Part shown: piece by piece, positions 1-9,484 of the stretch
How the letters are laid out: each line of letters starts with the position of its first letter
Position numbering within the stretch: the stretch's first letter is position 1
Origin: a virus
Length of the DNA: 64,000 bases
Virus record (IMG/VR): IMGVR_UViG_3300048088_000336
Span: 15,463 to 79,462 of that record
Reading direction: 5' to 3' (one strand)
The notes under the pieces: model-generated
Database searches by the model: none
The model's input: only the letters and a program-made list of their open reading frames with translations
Told to the model about the DNA's origin: nothing
Position numbers and translations under genes: made by a program

Positions 1-3000
1 CCAACGTCGACGCGTTGAAGAAAGTCATCCCCGCTGATCTGGGGGTCGATGAGGTCGACGGCCGGTTGGGTGCCGCGTGGATCCCCGCTGATGACGTCAA
101 AACGTTCATGATCGACCTGTTGCACGGTGGCGACAACCGGTACAACCCCGTGCAGGTGTCCACCTCCGGGGGTGGGATCTGGACCGTCGTCGGGGGCGAT
201 CACGGCAACGTCGCCACCGAACAGTGGGGCACGAAACGGAAGTCCGCTGGTGAACTGATCGCCGCCATGCTGGAGCAGAAACCGATCCGTGTAGTGGACA
301 CGATCGACGGGAAGTCCTACCCGAACCTGGAGGAAACCCTCGCGGCGCAGGCGAAGGCCGACGAGATCTCCGAACGTTTCTCCGAATGGTTGTTCGAGGA
401 CTCCGCGCGCACCAAACGTCTCCTGGCCGCCTACAACAATCAGTTCAACGCGGTCCGGTTGCGGTCCTACGATGGTGTGGATCGGGTGTTCCCGGGGATG
501 ACGTCGAGCGGGTGGAAACCCCGCGCGCATCAGGTGGCGGCCGTCAACCGGATCGTCTCGGAACCGTGTGCGCTGCTCGCCCACGTGGTGGGTGCGGGGA
601 AGACCGCTGAGATGGCGATGGGTGCCGCCGAACTCAAACGCCTGAGGATGGCGCGCAAACCCGCGATCGTGGTGCCGTCGCACATGCTGGAGCAGTTCAC
701 CCGCGAGTACCTCCAAATCTATCCGAGGGCGAAGATCCTGGCCGCTGGCACGGAGGACCTGGACGGGGATAAGCGCCGGGAGTTCGTGGCGCGCGCCGCT
801 ACGGGGCAGTGGGATTGCGTCATCCTCACCAAGGATGCGATGCAACTCATTCCCATGAGTCAAGACGCGCAGAAAGCCTACATTGATCGTGAAATGGCCA
901 CGATGCGCGCCCAGTTGGAGGCCGCGCAGGGCAGTGGTGGGGACGCCGCGCATCAAGCGACCGTGAAGAAAATGGAAAAGGCCGTCATCAAGGCTGAGGA
1001 GGCCCTGAAGGCGAAACTGGAGAAGACGAAAGACGCGGGGGTGTCTTTCGAGCAGACCGGCATCGACTACCTGTTCGTCGATGAGGCCCACCAGTACTCG
1101 AACCTGCGGACCGTGTCCAACATACAGGGCGCGGGGGCGTCCGGGTCGGGTATCGCCACCGACCTGCACATGAAGATCGAGCACCTGCGGGCCAACAATG
1201 AGTCGGGCCGGGTGGCGACGTTCGCTACCGGCACACCGATTCGTAACACCGTGACACAGGCATACATTATGCAACGGTTCATGCGCCCCGACCTGCTGAA
1301 AGAAGCGGGGGTGCATTCGTTCGACCAGTGGGCCGCCACGTTCGGGCAAACCGTTGACGAGATGGAACTCAAACCGGAGGGCACGGGGTTCCGGCAGACC
1401 ACCCGGTTCGCGAAGTTCCGCAATGTGCCTGAACTGCTGCGCCTGTTTCAGATTTTCGCGGACGTCAAGACCGCTGAGGACCTCAACCTGCCCACCCCGG
1501 ACCTGGCCGGTGGGTCGGTGGACAATGTGGTTGTCCCGAGCACCGATGAGCTGCGGGAGACCATGGCGGAGTTGGCGCACCGCGCCGACCAGTACCGGGC
1601 GGGGTCCCCGGAGAAGCGCACCAACGCGGCCGGTACCGGTGAAGTCGACGACATGATGCTGCTGATCAGCATGGATGGTCGCAAAGCCGCGATGCGCCAG
1701 TCGGACAAACTGGACATGGCGGCGGAGAAGATCGCGGACATCTGGGGAAAGAACAAGAACAAGCCCATCCCGAAAGACTTGGATGACCCCACCGCTGGGG
1801 ATGACCCCCCACCCGGTGGGATGCAAATCGTGTTCTGTGACATGTTCACCCCCAAGGGTGGCGCCAAGAGTGACGTCGAGCAGCGAACCGAGTACGACGA
1901 CGGGGACAACTTCGACGCCTACGCTGCCTTGCGGGCGAAACTGGCGGACCGGGGCATGGATCCGAAACGGATCCGGTTCATGCACGAGGCCAAGAATGAC
2001 CGTCAGAAGGCCGAACTGTTCGCCGCCGCACGCAATGGTGGCCTGGATGTTCTCGTCGGCTCCACGGAGAAGATGGGGGTCGGTACGAACGTCCAGAGAC
2101 GCGCGGTGGCCCTGCACCATTTGGATGCCCCGTGGCGCCCCTCGGATCTTGAGCAGCGTGACGGCCGGATCATGCGCCAAGGCAATGCCAACGACGAGGT
2201 CTCAATCCACCGGTATGTCACCGAGGGCTCATTCGACGCCTACATGTGGCAGACCCTGGAACGCAAAAAGAAGTTCATCGACCAGATCATGGGCGGCAGC
2301 CTCGACCAGCGGGAGATCGAGGACGTTGGTGAGACGGCCCTGTCCTACGCTGAGGTCAAGGCGCTGGCGACAGGCAACCCCCTGCTGTTGCAGAAGGCCA
2401 CCGTCGACACCGCGATCGGGAAACTGTCCCGCCTGGAGCGCACCCACAACCGCACCCAAACCAACCTCCGGCGTGACGTCGTCGCCTTCCGGGCCAACGC
2501 GGAAGCCTCCGACGCCTACGTCAAAAAAATGGACGCGGCCGTCAAAGCCCGCACTGACATCACGGGCGACAACTTCGCGATGACCGTGCACGGCACCACC
2601 ACCCGCGACCGGGGTGAGGCCGCGTCCATGCTCAAAGCCGCTGTCGAGGACGTCATCCGCAACGACTACGGGTACGGGAAGCGGGCCAAGCCCGTCGCGG
2701 AGTTCGGTGGACACAAACTGATGGCCACCGTCGAGGATCATTACGACCGCAATGGGGCCCGCCGCCGTGGCGTGACCTTGACCTGGGACGGGGTGCCCGG
2801 GGGTGCGAGTGGTGGTAACGCGACCGCCGCGTCGATCAGCTACCAGCAGCTCGCCAGTGGTGGCATCGGGCAGGGCACCCTGGCGACGCTAGCGCATTCC
2901 CTGCACTCCTTCGAGTCGCACCGCGACATCTCCGCTGATCACGCCACCCGTTTGCGGTCCGAAGCGGATGTGATGGAAGCCCGGGTGGGCACCGAGTTCC

Positions 3001-4319
3001 CGCACGCGGGCGCACTGAAAACCGCCCGGGATGAGTCCGCCCGGCTGAAGGCCACAATGGAGGCATCCGGGATCCGGGAGGACGCCGGGCCCGGTGAGTC
3101 GGACGCGGCGAAGAACTTGGCCACCGCGCGGACGAAAGCCGCTGGGCAGGCCGCCCGCATGGGCCGCTCCGGTGGAAACGCGGCCACCACGCTCAAGAGG
3201 TTCGGGAACTCCACCGCCACCCCCGGCGCGGTGGCCTCCCCCAACGGCGCGGTCGGCGCGTACATGCACAACGGGGACTTCAAAGTGTTCCTGACCGATG
3301 ACGGGGTCGATGTCCGGGACCTGGCCGGGATCTCCTCCGATGACCTCAAGGGTGTGGTCAAGGACCCGCAGGGGTTGGTGGATGACCTGGCGAAACTGGA
3401 CCTTCCCTTCGATGAGGGCGCGCGCTCCCTGTATCGGCGTTGGAACGGGGACTACTCCTACAGCCCACCGGACTACTCGAAGTCCTACGAGGAACGGGAA
3501 GCGATCGCTCAAGCCAAACGGGACAAGCTCAAAGCTGGGGAGACGGCCGACAAGAACGCGATCAAGGCTGTGTTCGCGCGGCACCTCACGGACGCACCTG
3601 TTGAACCGGAACTGACCGGGGTCGACGCCGCGAAACGGGCCGCTGCCCGCGCGGCGGAAAACGACCGCATCGGGGACCTGGCGAAGAAGCGACTGAAGCG
3701 GTTCGCGAAAGCCAGTAAACGCATCCCCCACTACGCGTCCCCCGACGGGAAGATCGGGGCCGTCACCGACACCGATGGCGGGCTGGAGTTCTTCGCCACC
3801 GGCAACGGCATGCTGCTCAACGCCCCCGGTTCGGTGGGGCCCGTCGATGACCCGCAGGCCGTGGTCGATGAGATCGCCGCACTCGGTGTGCCCCTGGGTG
3901 ATTCAGAAGTCCGGTATGAGCGGTGGGGGCGTGGGGACGGGCAGCAAAATGAGGACGTGACCGCGATCCGGGGCATCCTCACCCGGCATGCTGACCTCAT
4001 GGGTGAGAAGTCGGCGATCATCGGGGCGTGGGAGTTGCTGCGCGCGCAGCGCCTCGACATTGAAGTGAAGGCCCGCGCGGACCGGGCGGCTGGGGAGGTC
4101 ACCCCCACCCCGGACCCGGAACTGGAACCGTTCACGGTGCTCGTCGCCGATGACGTTCGCTACACGATGGACGCATCCGGGACCCTGCAACGTCTCATGC
4201 CGTGCCCGGCGTGCGGTCAGGAGATGATGGTGCCCGCGTTCGGGGAGTCCGAGACACCACCGTGCCCCTCGTGCGGTGCGGTCCCCACTGTGGACAAGCG
4301 CCGGGCACCGGTGGGTTGA
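1..4319 (+). CDS. DarB-like SNF2/SF2 helicase (methylase-helicase family), probably 5'-truncated by the window edge; C-terminal duplicated domain and Zn ribbon
   Basis: Motif I AHVVGAGKT, motif II LFVDEAH, ATGTPIRN, EKMGVGTNVQ and PWRPSDLEQRDGRIMRQGN match the DarB/N12-class methylase-helicase family. The frame is open from the window start. Confidence 0.85.
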   Translation, partial: NVDALKKVIPADLGVDEVDGRLGAAWIPADDVKTFMIDLLHGGDNRYNPVQVSTSGGGIWTVVGGDHGNVATEQWGTKRKSAGELIAAMLEQKPIRVVDTIDGKSYPNLEETLAAQAKADEISERFSEWLFEDSARTKRLLAAYNNQFNAVRLRSYDGVDRVFPGMTSSGWKPRAHQVAAVNRIVSEPCALLAHVVGAGKTAEMAMGAAELKRLRMARKPAIVVPSHMLEQFTREYLQIYPRAKILAAGTEDLDGDKRREFVARAATGQWDCVILTKDAMQLIPMSQDAQKAYIDREMATMRAQLEAAQGSGGDAAHQATVKKMEKAVIKAEEALKAKLEKTKDAGVSFEQTGIDYLFVDEAHQYSNLRTVSNIQGAGASGSGIATDLHMKIEHLRANNESGRVATFATGTPIRNTVTQAYIMQRFMRPDLLKEAGVHSFDQWAATFGQTVDEMELKPEGTGFRQTTRFAKFRNVPELLRLFQIFADVKTAEDLNLPTPDLAGGSVDNVVVPSTDELRETMAELAHRADQYRAGSPEKRTNAAGTGEVDDMMLLISMDGRKAAMRQSDKLDMAAEKIADIWGKNKNKPIPKDLDDPTAGDDPPPGGMQIVFCDMFTPKGGAKSDVEQRTEYDDGDNFDAYAALRAKLADRGMDPKRIRFMHEAKNDRQKAELFAAARNGGLDVLVGSTEKMGVGTNVQRRAVALHHLDAPWRPSDLEQRDGRIMRQGNANDEVSIHRYVTEGSFDAYMWQTLERKKKFIDQIMGGSLDQREIEDVGETALSYAEVKALATGNPLLLQKATVDTAIGKLSRLERTHNRTQTNLRRDVVAFRANAEASDAYVKKMDAAVKARTDITGDNFAMTVHGTTTRDRGEAASMLKAAVEDVIRNDYGYGKRAKPVAEFGGHKLMATVEDHYDRNGARRRGVTLTWDGVPGGASGGNATAASISYQQLASGGIGQGTLATLAHSLHSFESHRDISADHATRLRSEADVMEARVGTEFPHAGALKTARDESARLKATMEASGIREDAGPGESDAAKNLATARTKAAGQAARMGRSGGNAATTLKRFGNSTATPGAVASPNGAVGAYMHNGDFKVFLTDDGVDVRDLAGISSDDLKGVVKDPQGLVDDLAKLDLPFDEGARSLYRRWNGDYSYSPPDYSKSYEEREAIAQAKRDKLKAGETADKNAIKAVFARHLTDAPVEPELTGVDAAKRAAARAAENDRIGDLAKKRLKRFAKASKRIPHYASPDGKIGAVTDTDGGLEFFATGNGMLLNAPGSVGPVDDPQAVVDEIAALGVPLGDSEVRYERWGRGDGQQNEDVTAIRGILTRHADLMGEKSAIIGAWELLRAQRLDIEVKARADRAAGEVTPTPDPELEPFTVLVADDVRYTMDASGTLQRLMPCPACGQEMMVPAFGESETPPCPSCGAVPTVDKRRAPVG

Positions 4320-4325
4320 CGTAGA

Positions 4326-4359
4326 GACAGCCCCCGGAGGGGGGACACCGGGGGCTGTC
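4326..4359 (+). terminator. GC-rich hairpin after the helicase stop
   Basis: 12-bp perfect inverted repeat GACAGCCCCCGG / CCGGGGGCTGTC; no U-tract. Confidence 0.55.
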
Positions 4360-4667
4360 GGGCTGGGGTTACTCGCCCCAGCGGGGGTGATTTCACTGTA
4401 GCGGCGTGTCGGGCTCGCGGCCAGTCGTGAACGAAAGACGCCCCCAATGTGGATCGGGGGCGCTTCCGGCTGGACTCACTACTCCACCGACGGAGATAGT
4501 GGTTCCCACCGTACGCGGCGTGGCGCGCGCCCCGCCAGCCGAATCGGTGATCTACTCCGCTCCACGCGCCTGGTGCTGACCGGTGCGAGTCATTCCGGGC
4601 ACGCTGCCGGGGGCCTCGCGCTGCCCAGCTCGTGCTCACTCACACCGAGCACACAGGAGGGGCGGAA

Positions 4668-6023
4668 GTGCCCGACACACTGACCCACCACGACAAAGAT
4701 TTGATTGATCGTGGGCGGGCTGAGGTCAAGAGCCTCAACACCAAACTGGATGAGATCACCAAGTCTGGGTGGCTGGACGGCGACGGCAACATGCACGTCG
4801 AACCGGGTGCCCTCGCGGAGTTCAAGTCGACCCTGGCCGCCGCTGAGGAAGCGCACGGCATCGTCGCCGCCCTCGAACGCAAAGGCGCCCTCGATGCGTG
4901 GCTGGACGCCCCGGCGACGGATTCCCCGGCCGCGTTGGCCGCTGGGCAGGCCGGTGGCGGCAGTCAGCTCATGCGCCCAGCGGAGTACAAGTCTTTGGGG
5001 CAGCGGTTCATTGAGTCGACCGAGTTCAAGGGCCACCGTGACTCCGGGTTCATGGACTCCGCTTTCGTTGTCGAAGACCAGGAGATCACTTACGGGGCGC
5101 AGTTCAAGGACGTGCACTCCGGGTCGATCGGCACCGTCACCCACCCCGGTTTCGGCACGGTTCAGCGCGCACCGATGGTGTCGGCGCCGATGCTCACCTG
5201 GCGGGTGCGTGATCTTTTCCCGCAGATGAACACCAACTCGGTGATGATTGAGTTCATTGAGGAGTTGGGGTTCGTCGACGCGGGCGACAATGCCGCCGCG
5301 ATGGTGCCCGAACGTGAGGGCACACCACCTACGGACACGTTCGGTCTGAAGCCGAAGTCAACGATTCACTTCAACATCAAGACCACGCCGATTCGGACCC
5401 TGGCGCACTGGGTTCCCGCGTCCCGCAACGTGCTCGATGACGAACCGCAGTTGCGGGGAATCATCGACACGCGCCTGCTGTACGGCCTGCGCCTGGTCGA
5501 GGACCAGCAGTTGCTGCTGGGTGACGGCACTGGACAGAACCTGCTCGGCATTTTCAACACGCCGGGTATCCAATTGTTCCCCTCCGGCACCTACCACGCG
5601 CCCACCAACGAAACGTATGTCGACGCCATTCGCCGGGGTGCGACTCGCGTCATGCTGGCACAATACGACCCGACCGGCGTAGTTGTTCATCCTTACGATT
5701 GGGAAAGGATGGAGCTGACCAAGGACACCCAGGGCCGGTACCTGGTTGCCGGGTCGGTCACTTCCGGTGCCGAGAAGCGTTTGTGGCAGATGCCCGTGGT
5801 CGCCACCCCCGCGTGCCCGGAGGGCACGGCCCTGATTGGTGCGTTCGGTTTGGGCGCGCAAGTTTTCGACCGGATGCAATCCAATATCCGCACCGCTGAC
5901 CAGCACGCGGACTTCTTCATTCGTAACGCGATCGTGGTCCTGGCGGAGGAGCGGCTCGGTTTGGCCGTGTACCGGCCCGCGTCGATGGTGAAGGTCAACC
6001 TGGCCGCCGCGATCGCCGCCTGA
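4668..6023 (+). CDS. Major capsid protein, HK97 fold
   Basis: AGGAGG RBS before GTG 4668. Motifs RTLAHWVPASRNVLDD, EDQQLLLGDGTGQNLLGI, LWQMPVV and FIRNAIVVLAEERLGLAVYRPAS; N-terminal delta-domain-like coiled region. Confidence 0.95.
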   Translation: MPDTLTHHDKDLIDRGRAEVKSLNTKLDEITKSGWLDGDGNMHVEPGALAEFKSTLAAAEEAHGIVAALERKGALDAWLDAPATDSPAALAAGQAGGGSQLMRPAEYKSLGQRFIESTEFKGHRDSGFMDSAFVVEDQEITYGAQFKDVHSGSIGTVTHPGFGTVQRAPMVSAPMLTWRVRDLFPQMNTNSVMIEFIEELGFVDAGDNAAAMVPEREGTPPTDTFGLKPKSTIHFNIKTTPIRTLAHWVPASRNVLDDEPQLRGIIDTRLLYGLRLVEDQQLLLGDGTGQNLLGIFNTPGIQLFPSGTYHAPTNETYVDAIRRGATRVMLAQYDPTGVVVHPYDWERMELTKDTQGRYLVAGSVTSGAEKRLWQMPVVATPACPEGTALIGAFGLGAQVFDRMQSNIRTADQHADFFIRNAIVVLAEERLGLAVYRPASMVKVNLAAAIAA

Positions 6024-6051
6024 TCGACTGAGCTGAGAGAGGAGTAGAGCA

Positions 6052-6534
6052 ATGGCTATTCTGTCCTCCGACGGCACCACAGTGCTGTCGAAGTCCGGGC
6101 TGTACGCCCTGACCACTGATGTTCCGGTTACGCAGTGCACGGTCAACTCTGACGTGTACCAGTCCTACAACTACCCGCCCATCGAATACCAGGGCAACTA
6201 CAAGAATTTCGATGGGGAGCGTCGCCTGCTGTTCAAGGCGGGGCAGGTCGTGAACAAGGCCGATATCGAGGCTTTGTTCCCGGTGGCGACGATCGCGTCG
6301 ATCAGCCCGGCGACGGGTGCCGCCGCTGGCGGGACCCCGGTGACCATTAAGGGCACGAACCTCGATGGGGCGACGGCCGCCGCGCTGGGTGGCGTGGCTT
6401 TGACGTCGTTTGTGGTGGTGAACAACACCACGATCACGGGTGTGTCGGGTGCGCATTCGGCGGCGACGGTGAACGTGACGGTGACCGACGACAGCGGGAC
6501 TTTGACGCTGACGAACGGCTATGTGTACGTGTAG
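6052..6534 (+). CDS. IPT/TIG (Ig-like) domain protein, probable capsid decoration
   Basis: IASISPATGAAAGGTPVTIKGTNL...VVVNNTTIT is an IPT/TIG signature; GAGGAG RBS; directly after the capsid gene. Confidence 0.8.
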   Translation: MAILSSDGTTVLSKSGLYALTTDVPVTQCTVNSDVYQSYNYPPIEYQGNYKNFDGERRLLFKAGQVVNKADIEALFPVATIASISPATGAAAGGTPVTIKGTNLDGATAAALGGVALTSFVVVNNTTITGVSGAHSAATVNVTVTDDSGTLTLTNGYVYV

Positions 6535-6540
6535 TCGTGC

Positions 6541-6792
6541 ATGATCGGGGCGGGGTCGGCCGGTTCGACGGGTCGGCCCCGTTTCGTGCGCGTGCGGGAT
6601 GCGTGGGCGAATCCGAAGACGTGGCGGAGGTTTCATTCCATAGCCACGGGTGTGTGGTTTTTGGCGATCGTTCCGACGGTGTTGTGGTGGCATGATTCAG
6701 TGCTGTGGGTGGCTTTGATCTCGTGTTACGCCAACGCGGTGGGGCATTTCGCGGCGTGGCAGGGTTCCCGCGCGGAGGACAACGCCAGTTAG
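6541..6792 (+). CDS. Small membrane protein
   Basis: Two hydrophobic, Trp-rich segments. Confidence 0.55.
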   Translation: MIGAGSAGSTGRPRFVRVRDAWANPKTWRRFHSIATGVWFLAIVPTVLWWHDSVLWVALISCYANAVGHFAAWQGSRAEDNAS

Positions 6793-6980
6793 TCGGACAG
6801 CATCCCGACGGTGAGCAGGGCGTCGATGAGGCGACCGACCGCGCCGGGGTCGACGTAAACCTGCTCCCCTTCGGCGGCGAGGGCCCGCAGGTCGTCGCGG
6901 ACCTCGTTCCAGGTGCGGCCGTAGGTGCCGTCGAGGCTCATGGCGATTTCGGCGGCGGCGGCCTCGACACTGTTGCTCAC
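6789..6980 (-). CDS. Hypothetical protein
   Basis: Start overlaps the DUF2786 gene stop (4-nt overlap). Confidence 0.55.
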   Translation of the reverse strand: MSNSVEAAAAEIAMSLDGTYGRTWNEVRDDLRALAAEGEQVYVDPGAVGRLIDALLTVGMLSD

Positions 6981-7735
6981 CGGATCGCCGTCCGGGATGC
7001 GGTGACGCGGGTTTGTCCGAGGTCGGCGCGCCGCCCGGCCGCCTGACCGGAGTAGTAGGCGTCGGGGTTGATCTGGTTTCGGGACTTCACTTTGGGCAGG
7101 TCACCGAAGAGTTCGTTGTAGGCGGCGTCGACTTTGGTTTTGCGGTCGAGGAGAACGAGTTCGGTGGAGCGGGTACCGGGTTCCCCGCTCGTGGTGGTGG
7201 CCTGCTGGGCTTTGTCTTGGGCTGCGGCGCGGGCTTCGATGGCTTCCAGGCGGGCGCCGACGGCGTAGGCGAAGCCGTTGAACCAGGAGCGCCGGTAGAC
7301 GGTGACGCTGGAGGTGAGGTCGCCGTAGATGTCGAGGGGGGGACGCTGGTGTTTGATCTGCCCGGCCGCCTGGAGGAGCAGGGACGTGTAGGTCACTTCG
7401 ATGCGTTCGAGGTCGCTTTTGTGTCCGACGACGACGCAGTAGGCGACGGCGGAGGATCCGGGGGGTCCGTAGCGCACGGTGCGGCTACGGCAGGCCAGTG
7501 CGATCTGGACGAGGAGGCGGGTTTTCTCCGCCGTGTAGGTGCCCGTCATGTCGATGCGCATGGAGATGATCTCGTCGTTGATTTTTCCGGCGTCGGCGAG
7601 CTGGGCTTGCTCGATGCCGTGCTGGGCCATCAGGGCGTGCGCGCGTTCGGTGTAGGTCTCGGCTTCGGCTGGGAAGTCGGTGGACTCGGCTTTGGCGAGC
7701 AGCGCCCGGACTCGGTTGAGCAGTTTCTGATCCAT
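6977..7735 (-). CDS. DUF2786 domain protein
   Basis: N-terminal RVRALLAKAESTDFPAEAETYTERAHALMAQHG; C-terminal YYSGQAAGRRADLG. Confidence 0.85.
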   Translation of the reverse strand: MDQKLLNRVRALLAKAESTDFPAEAETYTERAHALMAQHGIEQAQLADAGKINDEIISMRIDMTGTYTAEKTRLLVQIALACRSRTVRYGPPGSSAVAYCVVVGHKSDLERIEVTYTSLLLQAAGQIKHQRPPLDIYGDLTSSVTVYRRSWFNGFAYAVGARLEAIEARAAAQDKAQQATTTSGEPGTRSTELVLLDRKTKVDAAYNELFGDLPKVKSRNQINPDAYYSGQAAGRRADLGQTRVTASRTAIR

Positions 7736-7761
7736 GGATGGGTCCCCCTCGCGGTGTCGTA

Positions 7762-7786
7762 CGGAACACCACGGAGCCTACCACAC
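7762..7786 (-). promoter_or_regulatory. Class I (putative early) promoter, copy 1
   Basis: GTGTGG-TAGGCT-N7-GTTCCG upstream of the DUF2786 gene RBS. Confidence 0.7.
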
Positions 7787-8538
7787 TAGGAGGCGCGTAC
7801 CATGCCGGGTCGGGCCGTCACCCCGTTGTCCGCCAACACATCCCCGGTGTCCGACAGCATCGGACCGACCGTGGCCGGTTCCTCGATGCTCACCGCCGCA
7901 GGCGCCACAGCACCCCCCGTGGTGGCCGGACGCAGGCGTAAGTGCTGGCCCACTGCGATGAGGTTCGGGTCGGCGACCGAGTCCCGATTCGCGTCGTACA
8001 GGGCCTGCCACCCGCCTGAGGTGTGCGCGGCATCAGCGATGCTCGCCAGGGTGTCCCCGTCGGTCACGCTGTAGTCGGTCGCTGACGCGGGGATCTCCGG
8101 CGCGGCGTGACGGGGTGGTGCGCTGGCGGCCAGTGGGATCGCTGGCACCGACGGGGCAGCATGACGCGGCGCCTTCACCGTCGTCGCGCTACCGCCGCGT
8201 TTGCCGCACACCGGCCACGCCCCGATGCCCTGCCCGGCGAGGACCTTTCGGGCGACGGTGATCTGCTGCTCCCGCGACGCGTTCTCCGGCATGCCCGCAC
8301 CGCCGTAGCCGTGCCAGGTTTGCAGAGTGAACTGGAGCCCCCCGTGGAAGCCGTTACCGGTGTTGATCGCCCAGTTGCCGCCCGATTCGCATGCCGCGAT
8401 GGCGTCCCAGTCGGGTTCGGCGGACGCGGGAGGGGCCAGTGCTGTGCTCACGGCCACAGCGGATCCCAGGATGTAACCGCCGCCGAGGACAACGCGGGGC
8501 AGGATGGGGCGTCTTGCTTCACGGTGTTTGCCGGACAT
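7786..8538 (-). CDS. rpf: Resuscitation-promoting factor (Rpf) transglycosylase with LysM domain, secreted
   Basis: WDAIAACESGGNWAINTGNGFHGGLQF...EQQITVARKVLAGQGIGAWPVC; signal peptide ending ASA; LysM YSVTDGDTLASIA...DPNLIAVGQHL. Confidence 0.93.
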   Translation of the reverse strand: MSGKHREARRPILPRVVLGGGYILGSAVAVSTALAPPASAEPDWDAIAACESGGNWAINTGNGFHGGLQFTLQTWHGYGGAGMPENASREQQITVARKVLAGQGIGAWPVCGKRGGSATTVKAPRHAAPSVPAIPLAASAPPRHAAPEIPASATDYSVTDGDTLASIADAAHTSGGWQALYDANRDSVADPNLIAVGQHLRLRPATTGGAVAPAAVSIEEPATVGPMLSDTGDVLADNGVTARPGMVRAS

Positions 8539-8758
8539 GGCGGGCAGTCCATGGCACAGACCGGCCGCAGCGAAACCCGTTACCGGCCCGTAATCGACGA
8601 GCGGGCATCCACACGCGGTGAGTGACACGCCATCGGCGACACGCGGGCGAACCTGAGAGGGCCCTAAGAGCGTTACTGACGGTGCGCGCGCTGTAGTGTC
8701 CGCGTGCGCTCACCGGGGCGTCGAGTTCCGGCCCCGGCCATCTACCGAGGGGATTTCG

Positions 8759-9484
8759 ATGTACCGCAAGTCTCTGGCTGTAGCCGCCGCCGTCGGCGCG
8801 CTGGCCCTCCCGCTGGCCCTGGCCATTCCGGCCGCCGCCGACCCCACCACATGCGCCAACGCCGTCAACGGCACCAAGTCGTGCGACTACGACGGGCTGC
8901 GCGTCAACGTCCACGTCGGCAACCTGGGTACCGTCGGGGCCCGACTGGGCAACGGTGGCACCTGCGATTCGGACACGCTGTTGCTCGTGCAGGTCCGCGC
9001 TGATCAGCACGGTTCCCACCAGCGGGTGATCCGGGCGGAGTCCGCCTACGGCACCGCGCAGGCAGACCTCAAGGCCAAGCAGGACGCCTATAACGCTGCC
9101 GTGGCCGGACACAACGCGAACCCGCCCACCGCCACCCAGGCTGACGTTGACCGGGCGAAGAATGCGCGCGACGTTGCGCAGACCAACGCCGACGCCGCCC
9201 GTCGGGAGTTGCAGGAGGCGCGCGACGCCGACAGTGTCCTGCTCGCCCGGATCTCCCTGCTGGGTAGCCGGATCCACGGCACCGAGTGCACCACCCCCAC
9301 ACCGGTGCCACCCACCACGGACGTCCCCGTGCCCACAGACACCCCGGCACCCCCGGTGATCGTGGGTGGGCCGACCATCGTCAACAACCCCCCGGCCGAG
9401 CAGTCCCAGGTGGGTCAAGCCCCGCAGGGGTTCGTTAGTGCTGGTGGTGGCGCTGACGCGGCAGCGGTCGAGTCTTTCAGTTGA
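8759..9484 (+). CDS. Secreted protein, putative class F sortase substrate
   Basis: GAGGGG RBS; Sec signal peptide (..IPAAA); Cys residues, coiled coil and Pro/Thr linker; C-terminal QVGQAPQGFVSAGGG; stop overlaps the sortase start. Confidence 0.75.
   Translation: MYRKSLAVAAAVGALALPLALAIPAAADPTTCANAVNGTKSCDYDGLRVNVHVGNLGTVGARLGNGGTCDSDTLLLVQVRADQHGSHQRVIRAESAYGTAQADLKAKQDAYNAAVAGHNANPPTATQADVDRAKNARDVAQTNADAARRELQEARDADSVLLARISLLGSRIHGTECTTPTPVPPTTDVPVPTDTPAPPVIVGGPTIVNNPPAEQSQVGQAPQGFVSAGGGADAAAVESFS

Noticed and set aside
8539-8758. c-di-AMP (ydaO) riboswitch upstream of rpf, as in Streptomyces rpfA
   Set aside because: The characteristic conserved segments (GCCGAATCC, GGGGAACC, CCCGTCAGCTAAC) were not found on either strand
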